Below, piece by piece: positions 1 to 12,683 of a stretch of DNA of 64,000 bases (the first letter of the stretch is position 1; every line of letters starts with the position of its first letter). Location of the stretch: the NCBI GenBank assembly GCA_038087875.1, contig CM075992.1:2668001-2732000 (forward strand), given 5' to 3'. The notes under the pieces are model-generated. The model ran no database searches and was not told where the DNA came from. It saw only the letters and a list, made by a program, of their open reading frames with translations. A program made the position numbers and the translations under genes. The DNA is from Malacoraja senta (taxonomy: Eukaryota).

Positions 1-360
1 CTTCTCACCCACTACTCCACCTCCAGGCCCCTCAGATCGGCCGACTTGGGGTTGCTGAATATCCCACGGTCTAGGCATAAGCTCAGGGGCGACCGCGCCT
101 TTGCGGTTGCAGCCCCTAGACTGTGGAACAGCATCCCCTTTCCCATCAGAACTGCCCCCTCTATCGACTCTTTTAAGTCAAGATTAAAAACTTATCTATA
201 CTCCCAAGCCTTTCCTGACGTCCTCTGAGTGAGGGCTACATGTATATATGTATGTAGTTTGTTTTGTTTATGCTATTCTTATAACAAATGTAAAGCACTT
301 TGGCCAACGAGAGTTGTTTTTTAAATGTGCTATATAAATAAATGTGACTTGACTTGACTA
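1..360 (+). mobile_element. 3' end of an L2-clade LINE
   Basis: ORF end RGDRAFAVAAPRLWNSIP..FKSRLKTYL is typical of the L2 ORF2 C-terminus; ends in AATAAA and a (TGACT)n tail at ~345-359. Confidence 0.8.
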
Positions 361-439
361 AACATAAACTCAGTGAGCTCACTACCACCTCTTCACTCCC
401 CTTTGACTGCCTTCCCGTAAGATAGACACAGTTGGATTT

Positions 440-720
440 TAATTTTAGTTTTGGAGATACAGCGTGGAAACAGGCCCTTCAGCCCACCGAGTCTGTGCCG
501 ATCAACAATCACCCATACACTAGTTCTATCCCACACACTAGGGACAATTTACAGAAGTCAATTCACCTACAAACCCGCCGTCTTTGGAGTGTGTGAGGAA
601 ACCGGAGCACCCGGAGAAAACAGGGAGAATGTACAAGCTCCGTACAGACAGCACCTGCCATCAGGATTGAACCCGGGTCTCTGGTGTTGTAAGGCAACAA
701 CTGTACCGCTATGCCACCCC
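440..720 (-). mobile_element. tRNA-derived V-SINE (HE1-like)
   Basis: Reverse complement has the GGGTGCTCCGGTTTCCTC core and a CR1/HER1-like tail (GAAGGGCCTGTTTCCACGCTGTATCTC). Confidence 0.75.
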
Positions 721-769
721 GTTAACCTGAGGATGTGGATTTAATATATGTACTATAACAAAGGGTTAA

Positions 770-1057
<288 letters not shown>

Positions 1058-1231
1058 TAACTGAAGCACTAGCTGGCCACGGTAAAGCAGGAAAGGGAAG
1101 TTAGGCTTTAACTTAAGTTTTAACTTTAAGCCTGACGAAGGGTTTCGGCCCGAAATGTCACCTATTTCCTTCGCTCCATAGATGCTGCCGCACCAGCTGA
1201 GTTTCTCCAGCACTTTTGTCTACCTTCGATT

Positions 1232-1431
1232 NNNNNNNNNNNNNNNNNNNNNNNNNNNNNNNNNNNNNNNNNNNNNNNNNNNNNNNNNNNNNNNNNNNNN
1301 NNNNNNNNNNNNNNNNNNNNNNNNNNNNNNNNNNNNNNNNNNNNNNNNNNNNNNNNNNNNNNNNNNNNNNNNNNNNNNNNNNNNNNNNNNNNNNNNNNNN
1401 NNNNNNNNNNNNNNNNNNNNNNNNNNNNNNN
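1232..1431. other. Assembly gap (200 N)
   Basis: N run. Confidence 1.
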
Positions 1432-1869
1432 GCGGTGAGTTTCTTTACCTTTGATCTCCGCTGTTGTGGTTGATGCCCGTTCTGAATAAGCTCCTGTCTC
1501 ACGGGTCAAGTTACTGTGAGGTTGGTATGCTTGCCTCATTCACAGCAGATGTCTGGTTACTGGGCAGAGTGATTCTGAAATCAGTGTTTCTGAGCTAGAT
1601 TCGATCTGGGGCATAAAATAATACACAAAGGAACAGGCCCTTCAGCCCACAATCTCACACCGAACACAATACCACGGTAAACTAATCTGCCTGCATATCC
1701 CTCCATTCCCTGCGTATACATGTTCCTATCTAAAAGCATTGTAAATGCCACTATCGTATCCGCTTAACCCCACAACGCTGGCAGTGCCTTCCAGACACCC
1801 GCCACCCTCTGAACAAAATACTTGCCTTGCCCATCTCCTTTAAACTTTCCCCATCTCACCTCTTTCCCC

Positions 1870-3965
1870 AGCTCTCCCCGCCCATCCCTGGGACAATCCG
1901 ATCACCTCTCACTGTTTATACTGCCTGCATACAAACCTCTCATCCGCAAGATCAAACCTGCAATAAGGACGGTCAAAATATGGCCCGAGGACGCCACCCT
2001 ACAACTCCAGGACTGCTTTGATCGCACCGACTGGGACCTGTTTGCACAACAGGCTACCAGTGATACAGAGGTAGACTTGGAGGAGTACACATCCAAAGGA
2101 CAAAGGACATTTATTGTCACGTACACCAATTGGTGTAGTGAAATTTGACTTGCATGCAGCACACAAATAAAGATAACATTAAAGAATTTAACAATAAACA
2201 TAAAACATCTCCCCACAATGGTTCCCACTGTGGGGGAAGGCGGCAAAGTCCAGTCCCATCCCCAGTTCACCCATAGTCGGGGCCTATTGAGGCCTCTGCA
2301 GTCGCCGATACGGCAGCCCGATGCTTCAGGCCCTCTCGCCGGATGATGAAATTCTGGCGTCGGGTGAACACTCTCGGCGGCCCGGAGTGTCTGGAGCGGC
2401 CGCTACCTCCCGGGAGACCACGGCTCCCGAAGTCCACGAGCCGCGCTGGTCGGAGCTCCGACTCTGGCGACTTCGTCGTGAGATCCCAGGCTCCGCGGTG
2501 TTTAAAGCTCAGCGCCGCCCGCGGCTGGAAGCTCCACAGACCGCAGCTCCGCGATGTTGGAGCCGGCGGTCACAGCACTCCGGAGCTTACTGCACGGCAA
2601 CCCGGGTAAGGCATCGCCCGCTCCGCGATGGTGCTTCAGCGCTGTGCCGCTGCCGAAGCTGAAGTCCTGGCCAGTCCCGGCAGGAAAACGCCGCTCCAGT
2701 CTGCCCGTAGGCCGCGAGGAAGGGGCGAAGATACAGCTCGGAGAAAAGCCGCAACTCCGACCAGGTAGGTACTGAGAAAATAGTTTCCCCCTTTCCCCCA
2801 CCCCCCACATAAAAAGACTAAAAGACCTCCAAAACAAACACTTTTAACTAACTAAAAATAAAAAAGGGGTGAAAAGACTAACAGCTGCCATACTCGACGG
2901 CGCCCCATTATCCACTGTGCTCTCCTACATCAACTGCTGTGTGGAGACTGTCACAGTGGACAAGCAAATAAAGATGTTCCCAAACCGGAAACCCTGGATG
3001 AACAAGGAGGTTCAGGATATGCTAAGGGCACGCAACAATGCCTTTAAATCCAGGGATACTTCTGCTTACAGTGCGGCCAGGTCGAACCTGAACAGAGGCA
3101 TAAAAAAGGCCAAAGACATCCACATGCAAAGGGTAGAAGACTACTTCAACACCGCGGACACCAGAAGCATGTGGCAGGGTGTCAGGGACATCACCGACTA
3201 CAAGAGCAGCCCCGCCTGCCCCCACGGTGATATCACACTGGCCAACGAACTAAACGCCTTCTTTGCCCGGTTCGAAACTGGCAACACCACCAGGAGTGGA
3301 ATAACCCCGGCCATGGCGGAGGGACAGGCCTTAACACTGAGCACCCAGGAGGTACAGTGCGCTCTGCGTAGGATCAATCTACGCAAGGCTGCAGGCCCGG
3401 ATGGAGTCCAGGGAAGGGTACTAAAGGACTGTGCTGTACAGCTGGCGGAGGTATTCACGAGAATCTTCAATCTGTCTCTATCTCTGGCAACGGTCCCCAA
3501 GTGCCTGAAAACAGCCACCATAGTGCCGGTGCCGAAAAAGTCCAAAGTCACCAACCTGAACGACTACCGCCCGGTTGCCCTAACTCCAATCCCAATGAAG
3601 TGCTTCGAAAGGCTGGTCCTCTCCCATATCAAATCCAGCATCCCTGCCTCACTGGACTCCCATCAATTTTCATACAGGGCAAATAGATCAACTACTTCCC
3701 TCCGGCAGACGTTACAAGGCCTTCTACACCCGAACCTCCAGACTCAGAAACAGCTTTATTCCAAGAGCTATAGCGGCTCTGAACCGGCCCTGCTGAGTGC
3801 CCCCCCCACCCACCCCCCCTGGACAGTCTCCCTCGGATGGTCACGTCACTCAGCTTGCTTATTTATTTATTTTACTTTTCTTGTGCATCGGTGGAGCTGC
3901 ATACTAAATCTCGTTGCACTGACGTGCAATGACAATAAAAGATATTATTATTATTATTATTATTA
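1870..3965 (+). mobile_element. Rex1/Babar-clade LINE, 5'-truncated, internally deleted, interrupted at 2096-2909
   Basis: GQSDHLSLFILPAY, KAAGPDG, LNDYRPVALT, QFSYRANRST, then the C-terminal LLPSGRRY..RLRNSFIPRAI in another frame; GACAATAAA and (TAT)n tail. Confidence 0.88.
2096..2909 (-). mobile_element. GC-rich non-autonomous retroposon with a Rex1-type 3' tail
   Basis: Splits the host ORF between EEYTS and TVLSYIN; ATCCA duplicated at 2091-2095 and 2910-2914; minus-strand end ...GGTGTACGTGACAATAAATGTCCTTTGTCCTTT. Confidence 0.75.
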
Positions 3966-5710
3966 AAGCCACGCCCTCTGGTCTTTGATTTTTCCACCCT
4001 GGCGGGGGGGAAAGGGTTCTGACTGTCTGCCCTAACTATGCTTCTCACTTGAATATTAAAACACTTGACAGGCTCTGCAGTGAATGTTATACTTACCGAA
4101 GGCCTGGGACATCAGTGCAGGAAATGGATTGTGCTCTGCTTGATTCCCCGGTGTCAGCATGGTGTAGGTTTATAGGTTAATTGGCTTTGGCAAGTTGTAA
4201 AATTGTCCCTAGTGTGTGTAGATTAGTGTACGGAGTGATTGCTGGTCAGCGTGGACTTGGTGGGCCGAAGGGCCCGTTTCCGCGCTGTATCCCTAAAGTA
4301 AAGAGAGTCATAGAAACTCACAATACAAAGCCAGCTCCTTTGACCCAACCTGTCCATGCTAACCAAGACGCCTCATGCAAGTTAGTCCAATTTTACCTAG
4401 TGTTTGGCCCATATCCATTTAACCCTTTCCCATACATGTACCTGCCCAAATGTCTTTTAAATGTTGTTAAAGTACCTGCCTCAACTATTTCCTCTGGCAG
4501 CTCATTCCATATACCAACCATCGTCAGAGTGAAAAATTTGCCCCTCGGGTTCCTATTAAATCCTTTCTCCTCTCACCTTAAACCTGTACCCTCTGGTTCT
4601 TGATTCCCCAACCACGGGGGAAAAGATTCTGTACATTCACCCCTATGGGACTGAGCCTGTTGGTTCTGGCCTGGACAAAATGTGTGGGAAGAAACTGCAG
4701 GTGCTGATTTACACCGACAACGGAAACAAAAGGCTGGAGTAACTCAGCGGGTCAGGCGGCATCTCTGGAGAAAAGGAATAGGCGACATTTCTGGTTGAGA
4801 CCCTTCTTCAGGCCTGGCCTGGTACTGGCCTATATCATTATGGTGAGGTTATGGTGATGTTACGGGCACTTCTCTTGGCATTGGCCTCTGATCTGGAGTG
4901 ATTTATATTTGACCAGGAATGGAAATCCCAGCATAGGCTGTCGCAGTGCATCTCTGTGCTCACATCCCTAGGCTGGTGTGTATCACAGAAGCACTCTGCA
5001 ACGTAATCAGACATTGCGGTGAATGGATTCATACACAAGGCAGACATACCAACCTTAATTACATTGAATTATGACACCTTACTCCCACCCTCAGCATATA
5101 CTTTGCCAGTGCATGCTCCAGGGTATAGGATGAATGGGCCGTTCACTGGTAAGTGGAACCTGTTTGTGATGTCTTCTGTAAGACCGTTGTGACTAGCACA
5201 TTGAATACACGTCCGACATCTTGTAAGAAGGAATTTAATCTGCACAACCTGGAAACTTATAGAAGCTCACTTGACCACAGTCACATTTGCCAGCTTCAGC
5301 TTTTGGCCTCAAGGGGCACTGGCATTTATATTACATATACATCACACTGTTGGGGAGTAGATAGAGATATAGCAGGAAACAAGCCCTTTGGCCCACCAAG
5401 TCTATGTTGACCATCCCACTTTTGCACCCATCCCCTGCACACTAGGTGCAGTTTATAGAGGCCAATTAAGCTACAAACCTGCACATATTTGGGATGTGGG
5501 TGAAAATCGGGGCACTGAGAGGAAATCCATGCGATCACAAGGAGAATGTGCAAACTCCACACAAAGACACCCAAGGCCAGGATGGAACCCGGGGCTCTGG
5601 CGCTGTGAGGCAGCAACTTTCCCGACTGTGCTGCCCAGTCTGAAGCCGGGTGATTGAAGGGGAGATGGGTGGAAGCACACGGTGGTTTAAATAATTTTGC
5701 TTCATTTCAG

Positions 5711-5903
5711 GGCCATTTTGGTAAGGTGGGTCTGTATCACTACGACCCATTCAACGATGGCACGGGGGAAATGGTGGCAGTGAAATCGCTGAAGTCGGAC
5801 TACAGCGAGGAACTCCACACGAGCTGGACCCGAGAGATCGAGATTTTGAAAACTCTCTACCACGACAACATCGTCAAATACAAAGGAAGCAGCAGTGAGC
5901 AAG
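5711..5903 (+). CDS. TYK2: TYK2 kinase (JH1) exon, GHFGKV...VAVKSLK...KYKGSSSEQ
   Basis: tttcag acceptor and G|gtaat donor; glycine-rich loop and VAVK lysine; 193 bp. Confidence 0.95.
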
Positions 5904-6111
5904 GTAATAGAACAAGTGGGGATCATTGATGGGCCATTGCGCTCAGCTTTACTCTCTACGCCAGTTCCATCAAATCTCAATGCCCAGAGTGCAGTGAGGC
6001 TGAGGAATAATTGCTTTCCACGCTGTATCTCTAAAATAAAGAAAAAACTAATCGGAAGTGAGTGCACAACTGCCGGTCTTTAACAAATGTCTGCACTCAT
6101 TGTGTTCTCAG

Positions 6112-6230
6112 GAGGGCAGATTATACAACTGATCATGGAGTACCTGCCGCTGGGCAGTCTGCGGGACTATCTACCAAAGCACCACGTGGACCTCGGACAT
6201 CTTCTCTTGTTCGCACTGCAGATTTGTCAG
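6112..6230 (+). CDS. TYK2: TYK2 kinase exon, [23 protein letters not shown]...QICQ
   Basis: ctcag acceptor and CAG|gtaac donor; phase matches the previous exon; TYK2-type hinge [13 protein letters not shown]. Confidence 0.95.
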
Positions 6231-7780
6231 GTAACACAAGACTCACGTGCACGGTTTGTTCTGGTCGAATTATTTAAGCATCCCATATCCCTTTTTAACA
6301 AAAATAAGGTTACTACAAGTTCAGAAGACAACTAGTACCCTATTCCAAGGAAATGTCAATCCAAAATAAGACATAGAAGCAAATATCAATTCAAACCCAT
6401 CAGGCTATTAAACACTGCAACCTCCAAATAGCCTCCAAATTATATAGACGTGGGGACATTATTTTTGACTTTGCACTAATTTTGTCGATTTATTTTCTGT
6501 TATATATACTGAATAAATACCGTTACTATAATTAATATATACTGAACGTTGTTTTGTTGTTTAGTATGGGTTTTACAGAGTACAATGTTTACATATATTT
6601 TGTGTTGCTGCAAGTAAGAATTTCATTGTTCTGTTTTGGGACATATGACAATAAACACTAGGCAGACACAAATGCCGGATTAACTCAGCGGGTGAGGCAG
6701 CATCTATGGAGAGAAGGAATTGGCGATGTTTCGGTTCGAGACCCTTCTTCAGACTTCTTGACTCAAGCCCTTCCAGTGCCCAGCAGTCCAGGACAGTGGC
6801 CTTCATGCCTGGGTGTTTCTGTATTACATTGGGGTGATGTGCTGCCCTGTAAATATGTCCAGAGCACATAGAGCAATCAAACCATCAAGCTTTGCTCTTG
6901 TAGTTTTGGACGCAATGTCTCGATGAGATTTCCGTCACCATTTGCTGAACATGAGGGGAAGACAGTCCATCACAGACCTTGGGCCTTATCAGGATCACCT
7001 GAAGCCCTCTGTACAATGGATGTTTACCCTATTCAGAAAGGTTATTTCCAACTCCAAAGGGAGTTGAACAACAGAGTTTTCAATGCTGGTTGAAACCTTG
7101 GACCGTACATTTTCTAATCATTGATGGAACGTGGGTGCTGCTGGTAAGGTCAACGTTTATTGCCAATCGGTAATTGACATCATTAGTTCTGTTGAGCCAC
7201 AGCCTTGACCTTCTGCACACCATGTGGTGAAGGTGCTGCCACTGTGCAGTTGGGGCAGGACATCCTAAATCTTGCAGTGGACGAATGGCAATATATTTTC
7301 AAATTGTATTAATTGCAGTAGGCTTTGCTCTAGATCCGGGAGTGTATGAACCATAGGCATATTGTGAGACCAAGAGTGTTGGAACGGAAGTGTTCTGAGC
7401 ATGGATTGCTTGGTGGGCCACTAATTTGTAACACTGGCTTCATAGATGGAATGAAACTTGAAAATACATCCCAATGGTCCCTGCTCAAGCTGGGACAATT
7501 CTGATGAGAGTAAAGAGAATACTACCAAAACCAATACATTTATCAAATGCTTTTATCCCTTCATGATAGCTTTAGTCTGAAAATCTCGTCTTTATCCTCA
7601 GACAAAAAAGAATACATTTAGTGAGCAATGAATGAAGTTTGTATTTTTTTTACAACACATGAAAAGAACAAAGGTTCAACAAGTAAAAGATTAATTTTAA
7701 ATGTATTTCTGTAATTTAAACATTGCATTAAAAAAACCTGAAGTATCCAAAAGGGACTCCTAGCTAAAATTGATTTATAG

Positions 7781-8110
<330 letters not shown>

Positions 8111-8601
8111 TGAGCTCTTGCACAACAACAGTGCGAGCCCTGAAGTGGCTGGCTGCTTCAGTTAAGAATGTGGATTACACGCAGGTCATGGGTACAGACA
8201 GCACCCGTAGTCGGGATCGAACCCGGGTCTCCGGTGCTGCATTCGCTGTAAGGCAGCAACTCTACCGCTGCGCCACCGTGACCGCCCTTCTGCAGCAAAG
8301 AATTTAAGATTACAAGCCCCTCCTTGACAATATTCCTCATTTCAGTCCTCAATGGAGCCGCCCTTATTCTTGCACTGTGTCCCTAGTCCTGGGCTCCTCA
8401 GCCAAGGAAAACATTTTCCCTCCATCTCTCCCATCAAACCCTTTCAGTCCCGTGTGTTTTGATGAGATCTCCTACATTCTCGAGCATATAGTCCATGTAC
8501 TGGACCCCTTCTTACACAGCAAGTGAATCACCCACTGAGTGTATTGCATCTGTATGCTGATCAAGGGCTGTGTGAGGAGGGAGGGTGTGTTTTGTGGTTA
8601 A

Positions 8602-9545
<944 letters not shown>

Positions 9546-10226
9546 CCATATCCCTTTAAACTAGTCCGAACCATGTTCCGAGCTGTTTCTGAAACATTGT
9601 GAGTCCCAGCCTCAACTACCTCCTCTGGCAGCTTGTTCCATACATCTTTGTGTGGAAAAACAACACCCCCTCAGATGCCTACTAAATCCTGCAGAGATCC
9701 CAACTCCTGCAAACAAATGTGATGTCAGCATTTTCTGTGTATCCTTTGCTTCTCGCTTACACACATGGTCGAGGTTGTTAATGTCAGGCTGGAACGCACC
9801 CAGAACAGGAGTAATCCCATCAACGTGGGCAGGACTTGGACCTAACTGCCAGTGTCCATCAGGCATCAAACCGTGCCTGCTTTGCTGTTACCCATTGACC
9901 CCGCAGTGTCCAGAATCAATCTGCAGGAAGGTCACTATTCAGTCTTTCTGCAAAACGACTTTGGCTTTGACGAATCAATATGGTGTGCAGCTGCCTTAAT
10001 GAATGCAAGCAGAGAACTCCAATGGAAATCACTTGTTTAACGACCCTCCAGGTTGTTCCTAATATAGTTTCAACTCCTTTACCATTGTTGTCCAAATGTG
10101 TGTGAGCCAAACCAGAGCATGAGTTCGCCTCCATCTTGGCCCCCTATGAACGAACTCCATTAGCTTGCGAAGGAGCTATGAATGCATGAAAGAATAACTC
10201 AATTCCTTTCAACATTTTATACTCAG

Positions 10227-10337
10227 AAATTTATTGAGATGATCGGAGTGACACATGGACAGATGACGGTGGTCCGATTGATCGATCTACTAGAAAAAGG
10301 CAGACGTTTACCTTGTCCAATATCCTGTCCATTGGAG
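10227..10337 (+). CDS. TYK2: TYK2 kinase exon, [37 protein letters not shown]
   Basis: ctcag acceptor and GAG|gtaag donor; GQMTVxRL and RLPCP motifs; not in the ORF track, translated by hand. Confidence 0.93.
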
Positions 10338-11496
10338 GTAAGAGCATAAATCTCTGGCTTTGAGCATAATGGTTTCATTTCACACACAGCCCCTCCCACT
10401 GTCCAACTGAGAATGATCAACCTTTTCTGAATTTATTTTCTTTAATATGATTTCAAGTCAGTGAGACGTACTAAAATGGTGTTCTGTGTTGTTTCTCTTT
10501 AAGCCTTACAATTCAGCTCTTGTTTCAGTAAATCTGCATCACACTCTTTTTCTCACAGTCGGCATCCTTTCCAACCTTTTTTATTTGCCTTGATCAGATT
10601 GCATCAGCCTGGGTTTAGCTGACCAATGCTTAAGATACCTTGCCTCCAGCATTTATCCCTGTACTCCAGTGTCTCAAGTGTCTGTAACCTTTCCACAACA
10701 TCTTAATATTAACACATCAGCTTCATTCTTTTTAGACTTCCACTGCTGGCTTTTCCCCATTTACAAAAATATACTTTATAGGTCCAAAATGTATGACCTT
10801 GCATTTTCCTGCCTTGAAATGTATTTGCTGCAGTGTTTTGCCTGTTCACTTCATCCCTGTAGTTTATTTCTTGCATTACTGCCCATCTTTGAATCATGGA
10901 CAGATTTACTTGCGGGTCCTTCTACCATTTCGCCCAAGACATTTATACATATAGTGAATGGTTGTGGTCCTGATGGATTCTTGTGGGTCCCAGCATGACA
11001 AAATTAATGTCTTCCCCTGCGTGCCAACTCATCCTCTCCTGCCACTCGCTCGGTTTCCCAGCCAGAGCTAAACATTGGCTTTGATGTGTTACTTCATAAC
11101 AAACTTGAATTGTAAAGGAGGAGGACTGACTGAACTTTGTTGCCTTCCGCCACTGAAGAATGCTGTGGTGGATATTTGTGTTAAATTCTATTGTGTATTG
11201 TGTGTTCTTTTTTTAGTGTATCGCTGCTGGCAAATTCATTTCACTGCACCTTCGTTGGTGCATGTGACGAATAAATTTGACTTTGACTTTGTATCAGCGC
11301 CTTCTCTAAGTGCATATACATCCCCAAACCCACATTTCAGTCACCCCTTCAAAATGTTTCATCACTCTTGTTGGACAAGATCTACATATTGATCATTTCT
11401 CAACAAAGGATGTTGGGCTGACTGAAGCGTCAATTCCCCCTCCCCCCCCCCCCCTCTTACGCCTTCCTGCACAGTGACATGCACAGGTTCTCAATC

Positions 11497-11912
11497 TAAT
11501 TCAATTCAATGAACTTTATTTTTCCGTTAGGAACTTTGGTTTCTGCAGCCATACAACAAAAATAAACAATTTTACAAGACACACAACCAACTCAGTTCAC
11601 ACAGACTTCCATCACAGTGAATCACCTCCTCACTGTGATGGAAGGCAAAGTCTTGTCTCTCCCCTGCTCTCCATCCTCTCCCGATGTTAAAGCCCCCGGC
11701 GGGCGATGGTAAGTCCTGCGGCCGTTAAAGCCGCGCCGGGCAATGTCAGGCCCCGCTCCGGGTCGCCTTCAGCCCCGCAACTCGGGCGGGAGAAGCTGCC
11801 GCCGCGGGAGCTCCGAAAAGCGGTCTCCCACTAGGGACCCGCGAGCTCCCGATGTCACCGTCCACAGGCCTGCAGCTGGAGCCTCCGAAGCTCCGAAGTC
11901 TGGTCGCAGTTC
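11497..11912 (-). mobile_element. Truncated GC-rich non-autonomous element related to 2096-2909
   Basis: Same layout: tail, AC-rich linker, hairpin followed by GAAGGCAAAGTC, then a CpG-rich body. Confidence 0.6.
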
Positions 11913-11995
11913 CTGAATCTAGAGATTTGACTTTGACTTTGTAAAGACTTTGTAAATGATCTGCAACATTCTAACCTACCTCCTTCACAACGCTG

Positions 11996-12297
11996 CATGG
12001 TGGCGCAGCGGTAGAGTTGCTGCCTTGCAGCGCCAGAGACTCGAGTTCCATCCTGACTACGGGTGCTGTCTGTATGGAGTTTGCACGTTCTCCCTGTGAC
12101 CCCATGGGTTTTCTCCTGATGCTCGGGTTTCCTCCCACAATCCAACAACATACAGGTTTGTAGCTTAATTGGCTTCGGTAAAATTGTAAATTGTCCCGAG
12201 TGTGTAGGGCAGTGCTAGAGTGGGGATAACTGGTCGGCGCAGAGTGGGTGGACCGTAGGACCTGTTTCTGTGCTGTATCTCGAAAGTAAACTCTAAC
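11996..12297 (+). mobile_element. Near full-length V-SINE (HE1-like)
   Basis: A box TGGCGCAGCGG, B-box-like GAGTTCCATCC, V core GGTTTCCTCCCAC, LINE-like tail. Further copies at ~4165-4300, 5355-5636, 8175-8250, 17985-18250, 27822-28095, 53524-53847, 60403-60697, 62940-63240. Confidence 0.8.
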
Positions 12298-12548
12298 ACC
12301 ATGGATTGTTTGTTGCATATGTTGTGCTGCAGCAAGCAAGAATTTCATTGTCCTATCTGGGACACATGACAATAAACTCTCTTGACTCTTGATATGTTAC
12401 CATTTGCAACATTACTTTTCTTTTCAGAATATTATTTTGCTTAATTCTCTTCATGTCTAGCTTGTTCCTCTTTGTCTTCTCTGAGCCTGCCATTTCCCTG
12501 TCAGTTCAATGGTGAACTAAGCACACTTAACTTTTCTTTCCCCTGCAG

Positions 12549-12683
12549 ATATATGAGCTGATGAAGAAGTGTTGGAAATCCGTCCCAGCTGAACGACCCA
12601 GTTTCCAAGAGTTGTCTGAAAGATTTCTGGAGCTGTGCGAGAGATACAGAAAGATTGAAACATCAAGCATTCTCCAGAAGTGA
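12549..12683 (+). CDS. TYK2: TYK2 last coding exon, IYELMKKCWKSVPAERPSFQEL...ILQK*
   Basis: ccctgcag acceptor; subdomain XI CW....RPSF; TGA at 12681-12683. Confidence 0.93.
   Translation: MYELMKKCWKSVPAERPSFQELSERFLELCERYRKIETSSILQK

Noticed and set aside
2321..2837. Several overlapping ORFs in the GC-rich insert
   Set aside because: Expected by chance in GC-rich DNA; no recognisable motifs
4915..5006. EWKSQHRL.. as the missing TYK2 JH2 exon
   Set aside because: Only a short chance match; stop codon follows and no RPSF motif
11996..12070. tRNA gene
   Set aside because: It is the tRNA-derived head of a V-SINE; no complete cloverleaf
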